Shown here piece by piece: positions 52,053 to 64,000 of a stretch of 64,000 bases of DNA. Origin of the DNA: Mobula hypostoma (Eukaryota); contig NC_086108.1 in NCBI RefSeq assembly GCF_963921235.1, positions 62,374,001 to 62,438,000 on the forward strand, read 5' to 3'. Position 1 is the first letter of the stretch, and each line of letters begins with the position of its first letter. The position numbers and the translations under genes were made by a program. The notes under the pieces were generated by a model that was given only the letters and a program-made list of their open reading frames with translations, was not told the DNA's origin and made no database searches.

Positions 52053-53042
52053 TGTACCTAATGAAGTACTCGACAAACCTTGTTCTTCTAGGCCTTCATT
52101 TCCTCTACAATCCTTGGATTACACCTCAAGCGAGGATGTTAAACTCCTGCTCCCTGACCTCCTCAACCCCAAACAAGAGAAAAGACACATGATACCTCAT
52201 GCTCACACTACTGGGTGAGTTTAAATGTCACCAGAAGGGCAAAGTTAGTAACAGCACATTGATTTTATTTCCCACTGACAGCAAATGGCAGAAATTTTGA
52301 TCAAACGACTTGGAAGCCTCAGCGTTTATGTATATGAGGGCACCACGAATTAAAAACATGTGAAATTCATTCTGGGACCAATTTTATCCACTTGCATCAG
52401 ATTTTTGGCTCTTTTGCCAATAGGTTCATAGAGTACAGCCCAAAAACTGTTAAAATTAATGTCATGAGATCACCCCAAGTTTGCTGAGGCCAATCTTCCT
52501 GATTTCAAGAGACTTTATTAAAAAGATAGCTATTAGTGCCATTCTCCATTTTCAGAGTTCCCGCCACTTCATTTGGCTGAGTAAGACACTGCTTCAGGTA
52601 CACCAAACAGCTGTATCATCAACTGATACTACTTCCTTAACTCCATGTCAGGCTTTATTGGGTGAGGCCCAAGTTGATGGAAACAAGATGGTGACTGACT
52701 TCCTGCACTCAGAGTTGAGGCAACTCCCCAAATGCTGCATGGCTGAAAACTTTCAAACATGCTCTCCTGCTGCAGCTGCAAGTTTGGGAAACAACAGACA
52801 GAAAGTACTGTATATGCAAAGGTATCTCAGGAAGTTCAAAGGTAAATGGCCAGTTAATTTCTTTCTGTGCTATTGATCACAAGATGGATATTGGCACGAG
52901 GAGAATTTGTGCTGTTCACTCCTGAGCCCATCTCTCTTTGCTTAGCTATCTGGCTTGACTGTAGAATGCTAGCAATAATGTTTAAGCCAGATGTTTGATT
53001 TGGAGTAGCAGAGTGTATTGCTGAGATATCTCCTTCCTGTTT

Positions 53043-54078
53043 ATGAGACGATAAGACATAGGAGCAGAATTAGACCATTTGGCCCATCGAGTCTGCTCCA
53101 TCATTCAATCATGACTGATCCCTCTTTCCTCCTCCTCAGCCCCACTCTCCAGCCTTTGATGCCATGGCCAATCAAGAACCTATCAATCTCTGCCTTAAAC
53201 ATACTCAAAGACCTGGCCACCACAGCTGGCTGTGGTAATAAATTCCACAAATTCACCACCCTCTGACTAAAGAAAATTCTCCGTATCTCCGTTCTGAATG
53301 GACACCCCTCTATCTGTGCCCTGTTGTCCCTGACACCCCAAACATGGGAAGCATCCTTTCCACATCTACTCTAGGCCTTTCAACATTCAAAAGGTTTCAG
53401 AGATCGTCCCCTGTCCTTCTAAATTCCAAAGAGTACAGGTCCAGAGCAATCAAATGTTCCTCATATGATAACCCTTTCATTCCTGGAATCACCCTTGTGA
53501 ACCTCCTCAGAACCCCCTCCATGCCAGCACATCTTTTCTTAGATGAGGAGCCCAAAACTGTTCACAATACACAAGGTGAGGCCTCACCAGTGCCTTATAA
53601 AGCCTCAGCATCACATCCCTGTACTTGTATTCTCTTGAAATAAATGCTAACACTGCATTTGCCTTCCTCACCACCAGCTCTACATACAAGTTAACCTTTC
53701 GGGTATTCTGCACAAGGACTCCCAAGTCCTTTTGCATCTCAGATATTTAGATTTTCTCCCTGTTTAGAAAATAGTCTGCACAGTTATTTCTATGACCAAA
53801 GCTCATGACCGTGCATTTTGCAACATTGTACTTCATTTGCCACTTTCTTGCCCATTCACTTAATCTGCTTGAGTCCTTCTGCAGCCTACCTGTTTCCTCC
53901 ACACTACCTGCCCCTCCACCAATCATTGTACCATCTGCAAACATGGCAACAAAGCCATCTATTCCATCATCTAAATCATTAATATACAGCATAAAAAGAA
54001 GCAGTCCCATCACCCACCCCTGTGGAACACCACTAGTCAATGTCAGCCAACCAGAAAAGGATCCATTTATTCCCACAA
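53043..54078 (-). mobile_element. CR1 LINE 3' fragment
   Basis: SGVPQGWVMGLLLFMLYINDLDDGIDGFVAMFADG and LYKALVRPHL. Confidence 0.9.
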
Positions 54079-54456
54079 TGGATTGCATATTGAGTTGAAA
54101 AATGATCCTTGCTTTGTTCCTGATCAGAACATAAGAATGTAAGAAATAGGAGCAGGAGTAGGCCATTCGGCCCATCAAACCAGCCCCACCTTTCAATAAG
54201 ATCATGGCTACTACTATTACGTCGACTGAGGCCTAGGGGGCCGGCGTCAGGCACGATGACGGACTCTCCACTTCTGCCTCTCCCTCATCAGTGTGTTCAG
54301 TTGCTTGGGCTCCCCTGTGATGACTAGGCTGGCAGGTAGCTCGGAGTGGCGTAGACAGTGCCCCGTTGTTGCAGTCTTCTCGCCTCGATTTTAGTGGTGA
54401 GCATCGGTATGTTGTTACAGAACTCAACGTTTGTCATGTGCTGTTGCCAAATCACG

Positions 54457-55815
54457 TCAAGAGCCATCCGGAGCATTCGTGTATAGCAACCATCTAGAGA
54501 CTTTCGCATCATCTTGATTGAGTGTCCACGTCTCGCATCCGTACGTGAGAATGGACTCTATGACTGCTATGAAAATCCTCTTTTTAAGCCTTCTGGTCAG
54601 GTTTGACTTCCAGATTTCCTTCATGTCGTTCATAGTCCTCCACGCCAGTGCCTTCCTTATCTTTATGTCCTTCTCTGAACTCATCATTCTTGACCCGAGG
54701 TACTTGTAGTCAAAGACTTTCTTAATGGTATCATTCTCTACGGTCTTGAGAGTACCTTTGTCGCAGTTAAATGCCATGTACTCTGTCTTTTTAGCATTTA
54801 GGTGAAGTCCAACTTCATTGCACTCAATTTCCACTTTTGTCAGCAGCTGCTGTGCTTCCTCCATCTGGTCAGAGAGCAGGACTATGTCATCTACAAAATC
54901 GAGATCAGTGAGCGTAACTGGTCTGACCCTTTTGGTTCGTCCTGGTTTTATGGTAAAACCAAGCTTGTCATGATCTTTGGTAGCTTGACGCAGAGCATAA
55001 TCAAGGGCGATTATAAAGATGTAGGGTTCCAGAGTGTCTCCTTGCAGCACACCAGCTAGGAGCTCAAACACTGCTGTTTCTCCATCTGGTGATACAACTT
55101 TCGCCATGGGTTTGGTATAGCTGGACTCTATTGCTCTTAGTAGATGGTCTGGCACTCCATAAGCTTTCAGGATCTTCAGCATTTTACCTCGGTGAATGGA
55201 GTCAAAAGCTTTGCGAAAATCGATGAAAGTAAGCACAGCTGGTAGGTTGTTCTTCTTGACTTCCTCGATGATCCTACGGAGAGCAAGTATTTGCATTACA
55301 GTTGTGTGCTTCTGCCGAAAACCATTCTGATTGAATCTTAGCTTAGGGTCATTGGCGGTGCGAATCCTGTTCAAGATCATCCGATTGTATAACCTTGCTA
55401 AGATGCAGGTCAAGCTGATACCGCGGTAGTTATCTGTCTTTGTGAGGGATCCAGACTTGGGTACTGGGATAATGTTTGAGAATGACCACTGTTCTGGTTT
55501 GTTGCCTTTCATCAGTGCCATATTACATATGTCCAGCAAGATGTCGTCCAGGTCGCAGTTCTTCAGGACATCTGGTGGTATCCCATCTGGTCCAGCGTTC
55601 CTGCCCTGTTTGAGTGCATATTTGGCCTTCTTTGGTTCCTCAGTGGTGAATGGGCTGTCATTGATGTCGACTTGCGTTAGTATCGTGGGTATGTCCTCTT
55701 CTTCTTCCGTGATCATTGGAGGGCTTCCCAGCAGGTTCTTAAAGTGGGTAAACCATATCAGGACACGGTCCTCTGCTGTTTTACCACTTATTTGACCTGA
55801 TGGGGACTTCTTCAT
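54457..55815 (-). pseudogene. RTE-clade reverse transcriptase (452-aa open segment)
   Basis: AGPDGIP, NYRGISL, QNGFR, FIDFRKAFDSI, GVLQGDTL, DLDFVDD, YKYLGS and YGCETW. Confidence 0.93.
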
Positions 55816-56700
55816 TCTACTGATCTCATTGACTAGGCGCCATGCTTCTCCACGCTGTATGTCTTCATTAGCAGCTTCTATCTCTCTAATCCTCTCAGTT
55901 AGTTCCTCTACCTTCAGTCAGTCATAGGTGGCAAAGAGGTTCTTCTTTGCTGTTTTGAACTTGTTTCTTAGCTCTTCTGTTTCGCTCCTTCTAAGTTCGG
56001 CATGACAAGCACTGACCACACCTCTTGCTGCGACGACGTCAGGATGTTTCGAGATCCAACTCTTCTTGATTCGCTTCACAGTAGGCAAAGTCTTTGTTGC
56101 ATCTGTGTGTGCGTCTATGAGCCGTTGTTAGTGGTTGGTGGCAGTCTTTTCCTTCCCCCCCTTCCAGTGGGCCGGAGCGATTTCTCACCTCCACTGTGTA
56201 CTGGACATGAAGAATAGGTTGTGAGGATAATGCCTTCCAGTCTATCTTCTCCTTGGGACCTGTGGCTTTGGGTTGCCACAGGCTCAAGCTCAGCCTGGCT
56301 TTCCCACACGAGCCCATCCGCCACAGCACCTGATACCTCATCACTCAAAACTCTGCAGCCTTACCTCTCCCAGCCACACATATACATCCACCAGCCCAAC
56401 ACTCAAACCTAATCCTAACGTCCAGGGGGAAGACACCCCCACAAACCCTAGGCACATCCCAATTAACCCTGGCCACACCCCTACAAACCCTAGGCACACC
56501 CCGATTAAACCTGGGCACACCCCCACAAACCCGATCACCTTTGTCAGGAGGGGCCAGATCCAAGAAAGGCAAGTGTTGGACCTGGTAAATGAAGACGTCA
56601 TGGGTCAGATCAAAGTGGCAGGGTTGCGTGAAACTGAACCTCAAGTGACAAGATCAAAAAAGCACAAGAGGGCTGATTCGCCCACTGCCTGAATACTGTC

Positions 56701-56738
56701 AACCTACCCCTAACCCCTAACCCTAACCCTAAACCTAA
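56701..56738. repeat. Telomere-like (CCCTAA/TTAGGG)n degenerate array
   Basis: AACCTACCCCTAACCCCTAACCCTAACCCTAAACCTAA. Confidence 0.9.
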
Positions 56739-56851
56739 TGCGTGGGCCAGATCAAAGTGGCAGGGTTGCATGAAACTGAATCTCAAGTGACGAGATAAAA
56801 AAAACACAAGAGGGCTGATTTGCCCACCGCCCGAATACTCTCGTGGCTCCC

Positions 56852-57668
56852 ATAAGATCATGGCTGATCTGTCCGTAAACTCAGCTCCATCTACCTGCCT
56901 TTTCCCCATAACCCTTAATTCCCCTACTATTATAAATCTATCTAACTGTATCTTAAATATATTTAGTGAAGAAACCTAAACTGCTTCCCTGGGCAAAGAA
57001 TTCCACAGATCCACCACTCTCTGGGAAAACAGTTTCTCCCCATCTCCGTCCTAAATCTTCTCCCCTGAATTTTGAGCAATGTCCCCTAGTTCTTGCCTCA
57101 CCTACCAATGGAAACAACTTTCCTACTTCTATCTTATCTATCCCTTTCAAAATTCTGTATGTTTCTATAAGATCCCCTCTCATTCTTCTGAATTCCAGTG
57201 AGTATAGTCCCAGGCCACTCAATCTCTCCTCATAAGTTAACCCTTTCATCTCTGGAATCAACCTGGTGAACCTCCTCTGCACTGCTTCCAAAGCCAGTAT
57301 ATCCTTCCTCAAGTATGGAGACCAGAACTGCAACCAGTACTCCAGGTGCAGTCTCACCAGTACCTTGTATAGTTCCAGCAATATCTCCCTGCTCTTGAAT
57401 TCAATACCTCTAGCAATGAAGGCCAATATTCCGCTTGCCTTCTTAATAACCTGTTGCACTTGCAAGACAACATTTTGCAATTCATGCACAAGCACTCCCA
57501 GTCCCTCTGCACAACAGCATGCTGCAATCTTTCACCACTTAAATAATAATCTGCTCTTCTATTATTCCTTCCAAAGTGGATGATCTCGCATTTACCGACA
57601 TTATATTCCACCTGCCGGACTTTGGTCCACTCACTTAACCTATCTATATCCCTCTGCAGAACATCCAC
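56852..57668 (-). mobile_element. CR1 LINE 3' fragment (its tail is at 54127-54209, displaced by the RTE insertion)
   Basis: LAFIARGIEFKSREILLELYKVLVRLHLEYWLQFWSPYLRKDILALEAVQRRFTRLIP. Confidence 0.92.
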
Positions 57669-57682
57669 TGATTGGAGAAGTT

Positions 57683-58719
57683 TAATGCATGTTGAAATGC
57701 TTATTCTCTGGTCTTACTTCAATGGCTTCCTTCACCAGGCCGTCCCAAAAGCCATTGGTGTGACACAGTAGTTTTGTGCCATCATAGTCAATCGTGTGAT
57801 CATTGCGAATGCAGCGTTCTGCTACTGCTGATTTCTTTGGGTAATCCAAATGGATACGCCTCCTAAGCTCCTTGATCTGGGTTGCTACTGTGCGCTCCGT
57901 CTGGCTGATATTCACTGGCCTGCATTCACAGGGAATTTTGTAAACACCAGCTGTCCTGAGTCCCAGATCATCTTTGGCCTGCATAAGCTGTGATTTGAGC
58001 TTCCTTATGGGGTTGTGGATGGTATTTATCCGTTATTTCTACAGGACCCTAGTGATCCTTTCAAAAACCGTGGAAATAAGGGAAGACAGGTGATGCGTTC
58101 TTCCTCGTTGTTAGGTTTCCTGGTTTTTCCATTGACCCTTTTAAGGGCCTGATTGATTTCCTTCACCTTGTAGCCATTCTGTAGGAATGCCATGTGTAAT
58201 TGTCTTATTTCCTTATGGAGAATTTCTAAATCCGAAATTGTTTTCAGATGGTTAATCAAAGTAGAATGAACTACTCTATGTTGGGAAGCGTGATGGTGGC
58301 TGTTATTGTTGAGATACAAGTCTGTGTGACTGAAGTTCCATGCCCAAGTCTACCGTCTAGAAATACTGTGCTACGCCAAAGACCTTTAGGAGCGCCTGGT
58401 GAAGGAAGCCTTTGAAATAAGATGAGAGAATAAGAATTTCAACAAAGCTGAAGGTCTTGCTCTAAGTAAGAACTGGAATACTATTTTAAACAAGGTCAGA
58501 TAGCAGAAAACTGATTGGTTGAGAACTAACCAATCAGGAGGGATGCACAACAGAGTTGAGTATGTATACCACCAGACTAGACATGCCTAGGTATCATCCC
58601 TGATGAAGATGGTGGAGTTTGTCATTGAAATGTTGGTTAAAATTGACATCTGGACTCACCTGGAAGCCCGAGAAGAATTTATGCATCATATACATTGGGA
58701 AAGCATGAAATCTTTTTTC
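57683..58719. mobile_element. Penelope-like (Poseidon-type) element: inverted RT-end/GIY-YIG segment (minus) plus pLTR (+), 12-bp TSD
   Basis: Minus: YLNNNSHH..FLQNGY and GVYKIPCEC..SQTER..SAVAE..LVKEAIE..FN. Plus 58362-58719 repeats the GIY-YIG end and continues into the 3' UTR. TSD ATTGGAGAAGTT at 57671-57682 and 58720-58731. Confidence 0.88.
58596..58638 (+). ncRNA. Hammerhead ribozyme motif of the second Penelope family
   Basis: CC-CUGAUGA-A-GAUGGUGG(AGU)UUGUCAUU-GAAAU-GUU-GG. Confidence 0.6.
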
Positions 58720-58859
58720 ATTGGAGAAGTTCTTTATTTCATCTGAAGCAGGAACTTTTTGTCTGTGTCTGCTAACTTCTCAAGGTTAGCCTGCATCTTT
58801 ATTTTGCTGCCCACCTTTGTAAAGTGGTTTTAGAAGAAAAATTTGGTGTGTTCTTTGAA

Positions 58860-59037
58860 TAGCACCATGAAATGCTTTTTGAGAAAGCAAACACATGCTT
58901 AGTTTTTTACATCCTTCCCAGTGTGTAACTCGAAAATTAGACTAGAATATCATTCCAGGTTATTTGTTTAAGTTTTTGGAGTGGAGTTGAAACCATAAAC
59001 TTTTACTTTGGAAGTTGCAGTGAGGCAAAGCTGACAC
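58860..59037 (-). mobile_element. Possible degenerate DeuSINE (SacSINE1/AmnSINE-like) remnant
   Basis: TGGAGTGGAGTTGAAACCATAAACTTTTACT..AAAGCTGACAC resembles the antisense tRNA-derived head of this family as recalled. Confidence 0.4.
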
Positions 59038-59919
59038 TTTAATAGGTGAGTCAAATGATGCGGAATGCTAAATTGTTGATGCCTCTTATAATAACAAAAT
59101 TCAGTGGGAATATAATATTAGAATTAAGGCAATCAGTCAACAGTCTGTCTTTAAACAATAAGTACCTTATCCTCCATCTGGTATTGACACTTTCATCCTG
59201 ATCTGATTTTTGTGTGAGATATTTTGAACAGATGGGAGGAATCATAACAAGTTCTGTGAGATGGATAAACATACATTCCAATGATTATAAACTATTTGCA
59301 CTTTCATCTAATGGAGAAACTGTTTTAGGAAAACTACATACAGTTTCGCACGTGAGTAACTGATGCTTTCCAGGGTGCCTGTAGTCCCAGTTGTTTATTA
59401 GAAATCTTGGTGACAAATTCTTATTGCTCAAGTCTACATTTGAAGTTACTATCTCTCTGAAAGATAACAAACAATGTAGTTTAAAAATAGGTTTGGAAGA
59501 AAAGTTCTCTTACTAGTAAGAGGTCATTAGGTAAAGTTCTGTACATTTAAAAGAAAGACTAGAGAACATTAATTACTTTTGATCTCTGCATCCTAAACAA
59601 AGAAGATGCTGCTGTCAGTTAAAGTTGGATTCATTTGATGTTTATCTCCTTCCCATTCCTCCAACTTGCAGCTGTTCAAATGAAGTAGTACTTTGTACAG
59701 GAGATGCGACATTGCTTTGTATGTAATACAGTGTACACTTGGTGCTTGAGATTTACTCCGCTTGTCCCTCTGCACTGCGTAGACTGTGGCTTCAGTAGGA
59801 TGTAGCTTCACATGGATCAATGGTGACTGATAGCTTTCCAAGTCTTTGTGTCAATGTAAAGTCATTTCAATAATGGCTTGAAGGAGTCCACAAATGTTCT
59901 TGCTCAAATTATTTTCTCT

Positions 59920-61135
59920 GCAGAAGGTAGTCTGAGCAGAGGTGCAAAGGGGCTTGAGAGTCCTACTGCAGGATTCCCTAAAGGTTAACCTGCAATTTGG
60001 GTCGGTAGAAAAGAAGGCAAAAGCAATGTTAGCATTGATTTTGAGAGGACTAGAATATAAAAGGAGGTAATGCTGATGCTTTAAAAGGCATTGCTCAGAC
60101 TGCAATTGAAACATACTGAGCAGTTTAGGATTGTCGCAGGAGACATCTGGGACCCCCACCACCCAGGTTATGCTCGCCTCTCACTGCTGCCATCAGGAAG
60201 GAAGTACCTCGCATTAGGGTTAGGACCCTCAGGATCCACACCACCAGGTTCAGGAACATTTATTACCCCTCAGGTCCTTGAACCAGAGGGGGTAACTTCA
60301 CGCAACTTAACCCACCCCATCACTGAAATGTACCTACAACCTATGAACTCAATTTCAAGGACTCTTCATCTGATGTTCTTGATATTTATTGCTTTATTAT
60401 TATTATTTATTTTTTCTTTCTTTTTGTATTTGCACAGTTTGTTGTCTTTTTCACATTGGTTGTCCACCGTGTTGGTATGGTCTTTAATTGATGCTATTAT
60501 GATTACTGGATTTATTGAGTATGCCCACAAGAAAATTAATTTCAGGGTTGTATATGGTGACATATATGTACTTTGACAATAAATTTACTTTGAAATTTGA
60601 ACTTATTTAAGAAAGAAGGTACTGGCATTGGAGAAGGTCCAGATAAGGTTCATGAAAATGAGCTTGGGAAAGAAAGGGTTAACATATCAGGGGCATTTGA
60701 TGGCTCTGGGCCTGGCTTGCTAGAATTTGAAAGAATGGGCCGGGGGTGTGTGTGGTGGGGGAGCTATCTCACTGAAATCTACAAATATTGAAAGGCCTAG
60801 ACAGAGTGGATGTGGAGAGGATGTCTTCTATAGTAAGGGTGTCTAGGACCAGAGGGTACAGCCTCAGAATACAAGGACCTGCCTTTAGAACAGAGGTGAA
60901 GAGGAATTCCTTTAGGCACAGAGTGAAGAATCTGTGGAATTCATACCACGGATGGCTATGGAGACCAAGTCATTAAGTATATTTGAAGCGGCGGTTAGTA
61001 GGTTCTTGATTAGCGAGGATATCAAAAGTTACAGGGAGAAGGCAGAATGGGGTAGAGGAAGATAAAAAAAAATGAGCAGACTCAATGGGCCAAATGGCCT
61101 TAATTCTGCTCCTATGTCCTGTGGTCTTATGGTCT
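59920..61135 (+). mobile_element. CR1 3' fragment interrupted by a Rex1-type 3' end (about 60140-60598)
   Basis: KGLDRVDVERM..TRGYSLRI and the CR1 tail; nested WDPHHPGYARLSLLPSGRKY. Confidence 0.8.
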
Positions 61136-61889
61136 GTGTTGTTTTGTCATGGCCTGGTAATTCAATTTGCCGTCCCAGCTGTGACCTCATCAGCAGAGTG
61201 TAGGTGCTTGGATTACCTGCCTCAGTGTCTGGGATCTTACCTTATCCTCCTGTTTTACCATCATCAATCTCCTCTAACCGCTCATGTGAAAGTATTTTAG
61301 CTCAAAGTGTGTCACCTCCAGGTTTTTACATGCACACATCAAAGTTGATAGCAAAAATGGCAACTAGATCTGCTGATAAACAAACAGCTGCATGTGTTGA
61401 AAGTCTTGAGTGGGATCAGAAAGTGCTTCTAAATACTCAGCAGACCATGCAGCATCTATGGAAAGAGAAGCATTGTTACCATTCCAGTACAATAGCCTTT
61501 CAGTACAGTCCTGATCTAAGCAATAACGTCTCTCCCCAAAAAATGCTGTCTGACCTGTTGAGTATTTACTGCATTTTTATTAAGTGAAATCTTCTTCTGT
61601 CAGCTAATACCCCTTGTACTTCCCCATGTTCGCATATCACCCGCTAAAGCACACCAGGCGGTTTTGCCCATGGAAACCAAGTGTGACCATGGCACCAAGG
61701 TTATTCTTGGCTTGGAGATGCTGAATGTCAAAATGATGGCAAGTTCTTCAATTTGAAGAGATTGCAGATCTAGACAAAATTAGTGGAAGTGATGATGGTT
61801 CATGACCTTGTGAATCCCAAACTTGGTTCTGACAGTCAGTGGAATCTAGACCAAATTTCTTCAAAACTGATCTAGTCTCATCATTAATT

Positions 61890-62340
61890 TTCAATTAATT
61901 CTACGCTGTAGTCTACTGGGGCAGCAGGGTGAGAGCAGCTGATGCCAAGAAGATCGATAAGGAAGGCTGGTTCTGTTCTGGAGAAGGAACTGGATTCCCT
62001 GGTGGTTGTGTCTGGGAGGAGGATGCTGCAGAAGCCGTGGAGCATTATGGACAATCCCTCCATGCATACTGGACAAACACAGGAGCACTTTTAGAATCAG
62101 ACTGATTCCACCGAGGTGCACCACTGAACGCCACAGGAGATCCTTTCTCCCTGTGGCAATAAGATTCTACAATTCCTCAAGTGTATAAGTATATGGTTTC
62201 ATTGCACATTTTGTACAAATGTTTGTATTTTTTTCATACCTCAATGCTTACATTTTGCATTTTAAAGTATATATTTCTGACTAAGCAACCTTGCTACAAT
62301 AATTTCCATCCGGATAAATAATGTTTTATCTTATTTTATA
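61890..62340 (+). mobile_element. Rex1/Babar LINE 3' end
   Basis: HRSTFRIRLIPPRCTTERHRRSFLPVAIRFYNSS followed by an AT-rich 3' UTR. Confidence 0.8.
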
Positions 62341-64000
62341 TGATGTGCAAATGTCATTAAACAAAAATCAATATAAAGCTGGATACAAAGGATGGTTATC
62401 GCTTCATACAAGTAGTTAATTAAAATCAATTTGTTAATGATTTTAATAGGTCTCAATAGGTACATTTAATGTCAGAAACATGCATATAATACACATCCTG
62501 AAATTCTTTTTCTTCGCAAGCATCCTCAAAAACAGAGGAGTGCCCCACAGAATGAATGACTTTTAAATGTTAGAACCCCAAACCCCCCAGCTCCCCCTCC
62601 CACGTGTAAGCAGCAGCAAATGATGGAGCCCCTCCCCCACCAGCACTGCACCCTCCACAGAGTATGAAACGCGCAGCAAAGCATCAATTAAGACATATAC
62701 TTGCAGTACCCCAAAGACTACTCGTTCACCCAGTAATTCGACATACCACAGGCTCTCTCGCTCCCTAATAAGAGGAAAAAAGGTGTCCCTGCTAATCACA
62801 GCAACTTTGTGTTACTAAAGTTTGGTGCAATATATGTCAGAAAGACACTAAGTCGAATGGATGCCTAACTCATCTCTTGTGTGATGTTCTGATTTTAAAA
62901 TATATGTTTACTTTACTTCCATGCAAAATTGTTTTGAACTTGCTGTTGGCATAGAGATTCTCAGTGGCAGGAATTCAGTGCAAAGGTACAGTATGGCATG
63001 GCTCATCATGTGCACAAAAATAAATTAGAAAAATGCAGGTCTCCTAATACCAATGCAATTGTCATGGAATTGAATTAGGAACCAAATTCCACACAGTACT
63101 AGCATGCAAGAGGCTCCTGGATAGGCGCATGAATGTGCAGAAAACAGAGGGTTATGGATTATTGCAGAAAGTGAAGAAGTTGATATAGTTAGGTATTTCA
63201 TTACTAGTTTACTTAGTTTGGTACAACATGGTGAGCTGAAAGGCCTGATGCAAAATTGTAATGTTCTATGTTCTACATTAATAATTTATGTCACATCACT
63301 CTGACATTGCAACTAAATTTAAATCAATTACAAAACTAGTAATTTAGGAACTTTCAAGAAAGACAATGTTGACAATTTCTTTATTCTAGATGAAGGGCAG
63401 AAGCGTGGAAGGATTTGCAGAATTATTTCGCCCAAAGACACCATGTCAGAAGCCGCCATAAGCTACCTATTGCGAGAGCTGAACCCAAAGCCATCTGAAA
63501 TAATAATGAAATGTACAGATTAGAATGTAAGTGAATGATTTTTGCTCTCTGTCTTTGCTGGAATACATATATCTTAAGGCTAATTCTTTTACCTCACTTC
63601 CTCCTTCCTTCATACTTGGGGAATCAAACCCAGTCAGTGCTTACAGATCTGCAGGAAAAGTAAATCCTAACACTGAAGTAGAGGACTTGCCTCACGAAAT
63701 GAAAACTCTGAAGCATTTCAAAGAAAAGAAAAATCACAGAGTTGTACCATAGCTGCTCTAATATCATGGCTTATCAGGGAACACAATATCTGGAGGTATT
63801 ATTAATTCCTAGAGTTTCTATTTTTCTTATTTTCTTTTCCGGTTTCATTTAAAGGATCTGTTTTCAATTAGCATTGGGTATTTCATGCTGCTTTCCCCTT
63901 ACAGAGCGCCCACTATTTTTTCACAAAAACCTTTATAAGTCATCTGAACCAGATGGTTCTTAAGCACATGCAGATTACTTTTTGTCAGTAGGTTTTGTTT

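Larger units (their letters stand above)
54210..56851 (-). mobile_element. RTE-clade LINE insertion with non-coding repetitive 5' segment, 14-bp TSD
   Basis: TSD ATAAGATCATGGCT at 54196-54209 and 56852-56865 inside a CR1 3' UTR; short (TAG)n tail; RT ORF 54457-55815. Confidence 0.92.

Noticed and set aside
52481..52876. 131-aa plus-strand ORF
   Set aside because: Non-ATG start, no homology recognised and ambiguous splice signals.
56273..56692. 139-aa Pro/Thr/His-rich ORF
   Set aside because: Produced by the 21-bp tandem repeat, non-ATG start, no domain recognised.
56701..56738. True telomere or chromosome-fusion site
   Set aside because: Only about six degenerate units in one orientation, lying within a TSD-bounded insertion.

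Overview
Eukaryotic, non-genic or intronic DNA dominated by retrotransposons. The repeat mix (dense CR1/HER1-type LINEs, an HE1-type V-SINE, LF-SINE and DeuSINE remnants, Rex1/Babar LINEs, Penelope-like elements) suggests a cartilaginous fish, probably a ray; this is inference, not a database result. No cellular protein-coding gene could be identified, and nearly all ORFs in the track are transposon fragments or low-complexity artefacts. Main content: two near-full-length CR1 LINEs (19.9-23.9 kb minus, 43.2-47.4 kb plus) plus many fragments, several Rex1/Babar pieces, two RTE-clade insertions with target-site duplications (TSDs), a Gypsy gag remnant, a Tigger-like MITE, a tRNA/CORE-like SINE and a CA-rich cryptic satellite. 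Most notable observations: (i) two Penelope-like families carrying minimal hammerhead ribozymes, repeatedly inserted as fold-back structures with clean TSDs; (ii) an RTE insertion whose TSD also encloses about 550 bp of non-coding 5' DNA with tandem units and telomere-like TTAGGG repeats; (iii) a stop codon at the same ORF1 position in all three CR1 copies that retain it. Family names come from recognising motifs by eye, and boundaries of degenerate fragments are approximate.
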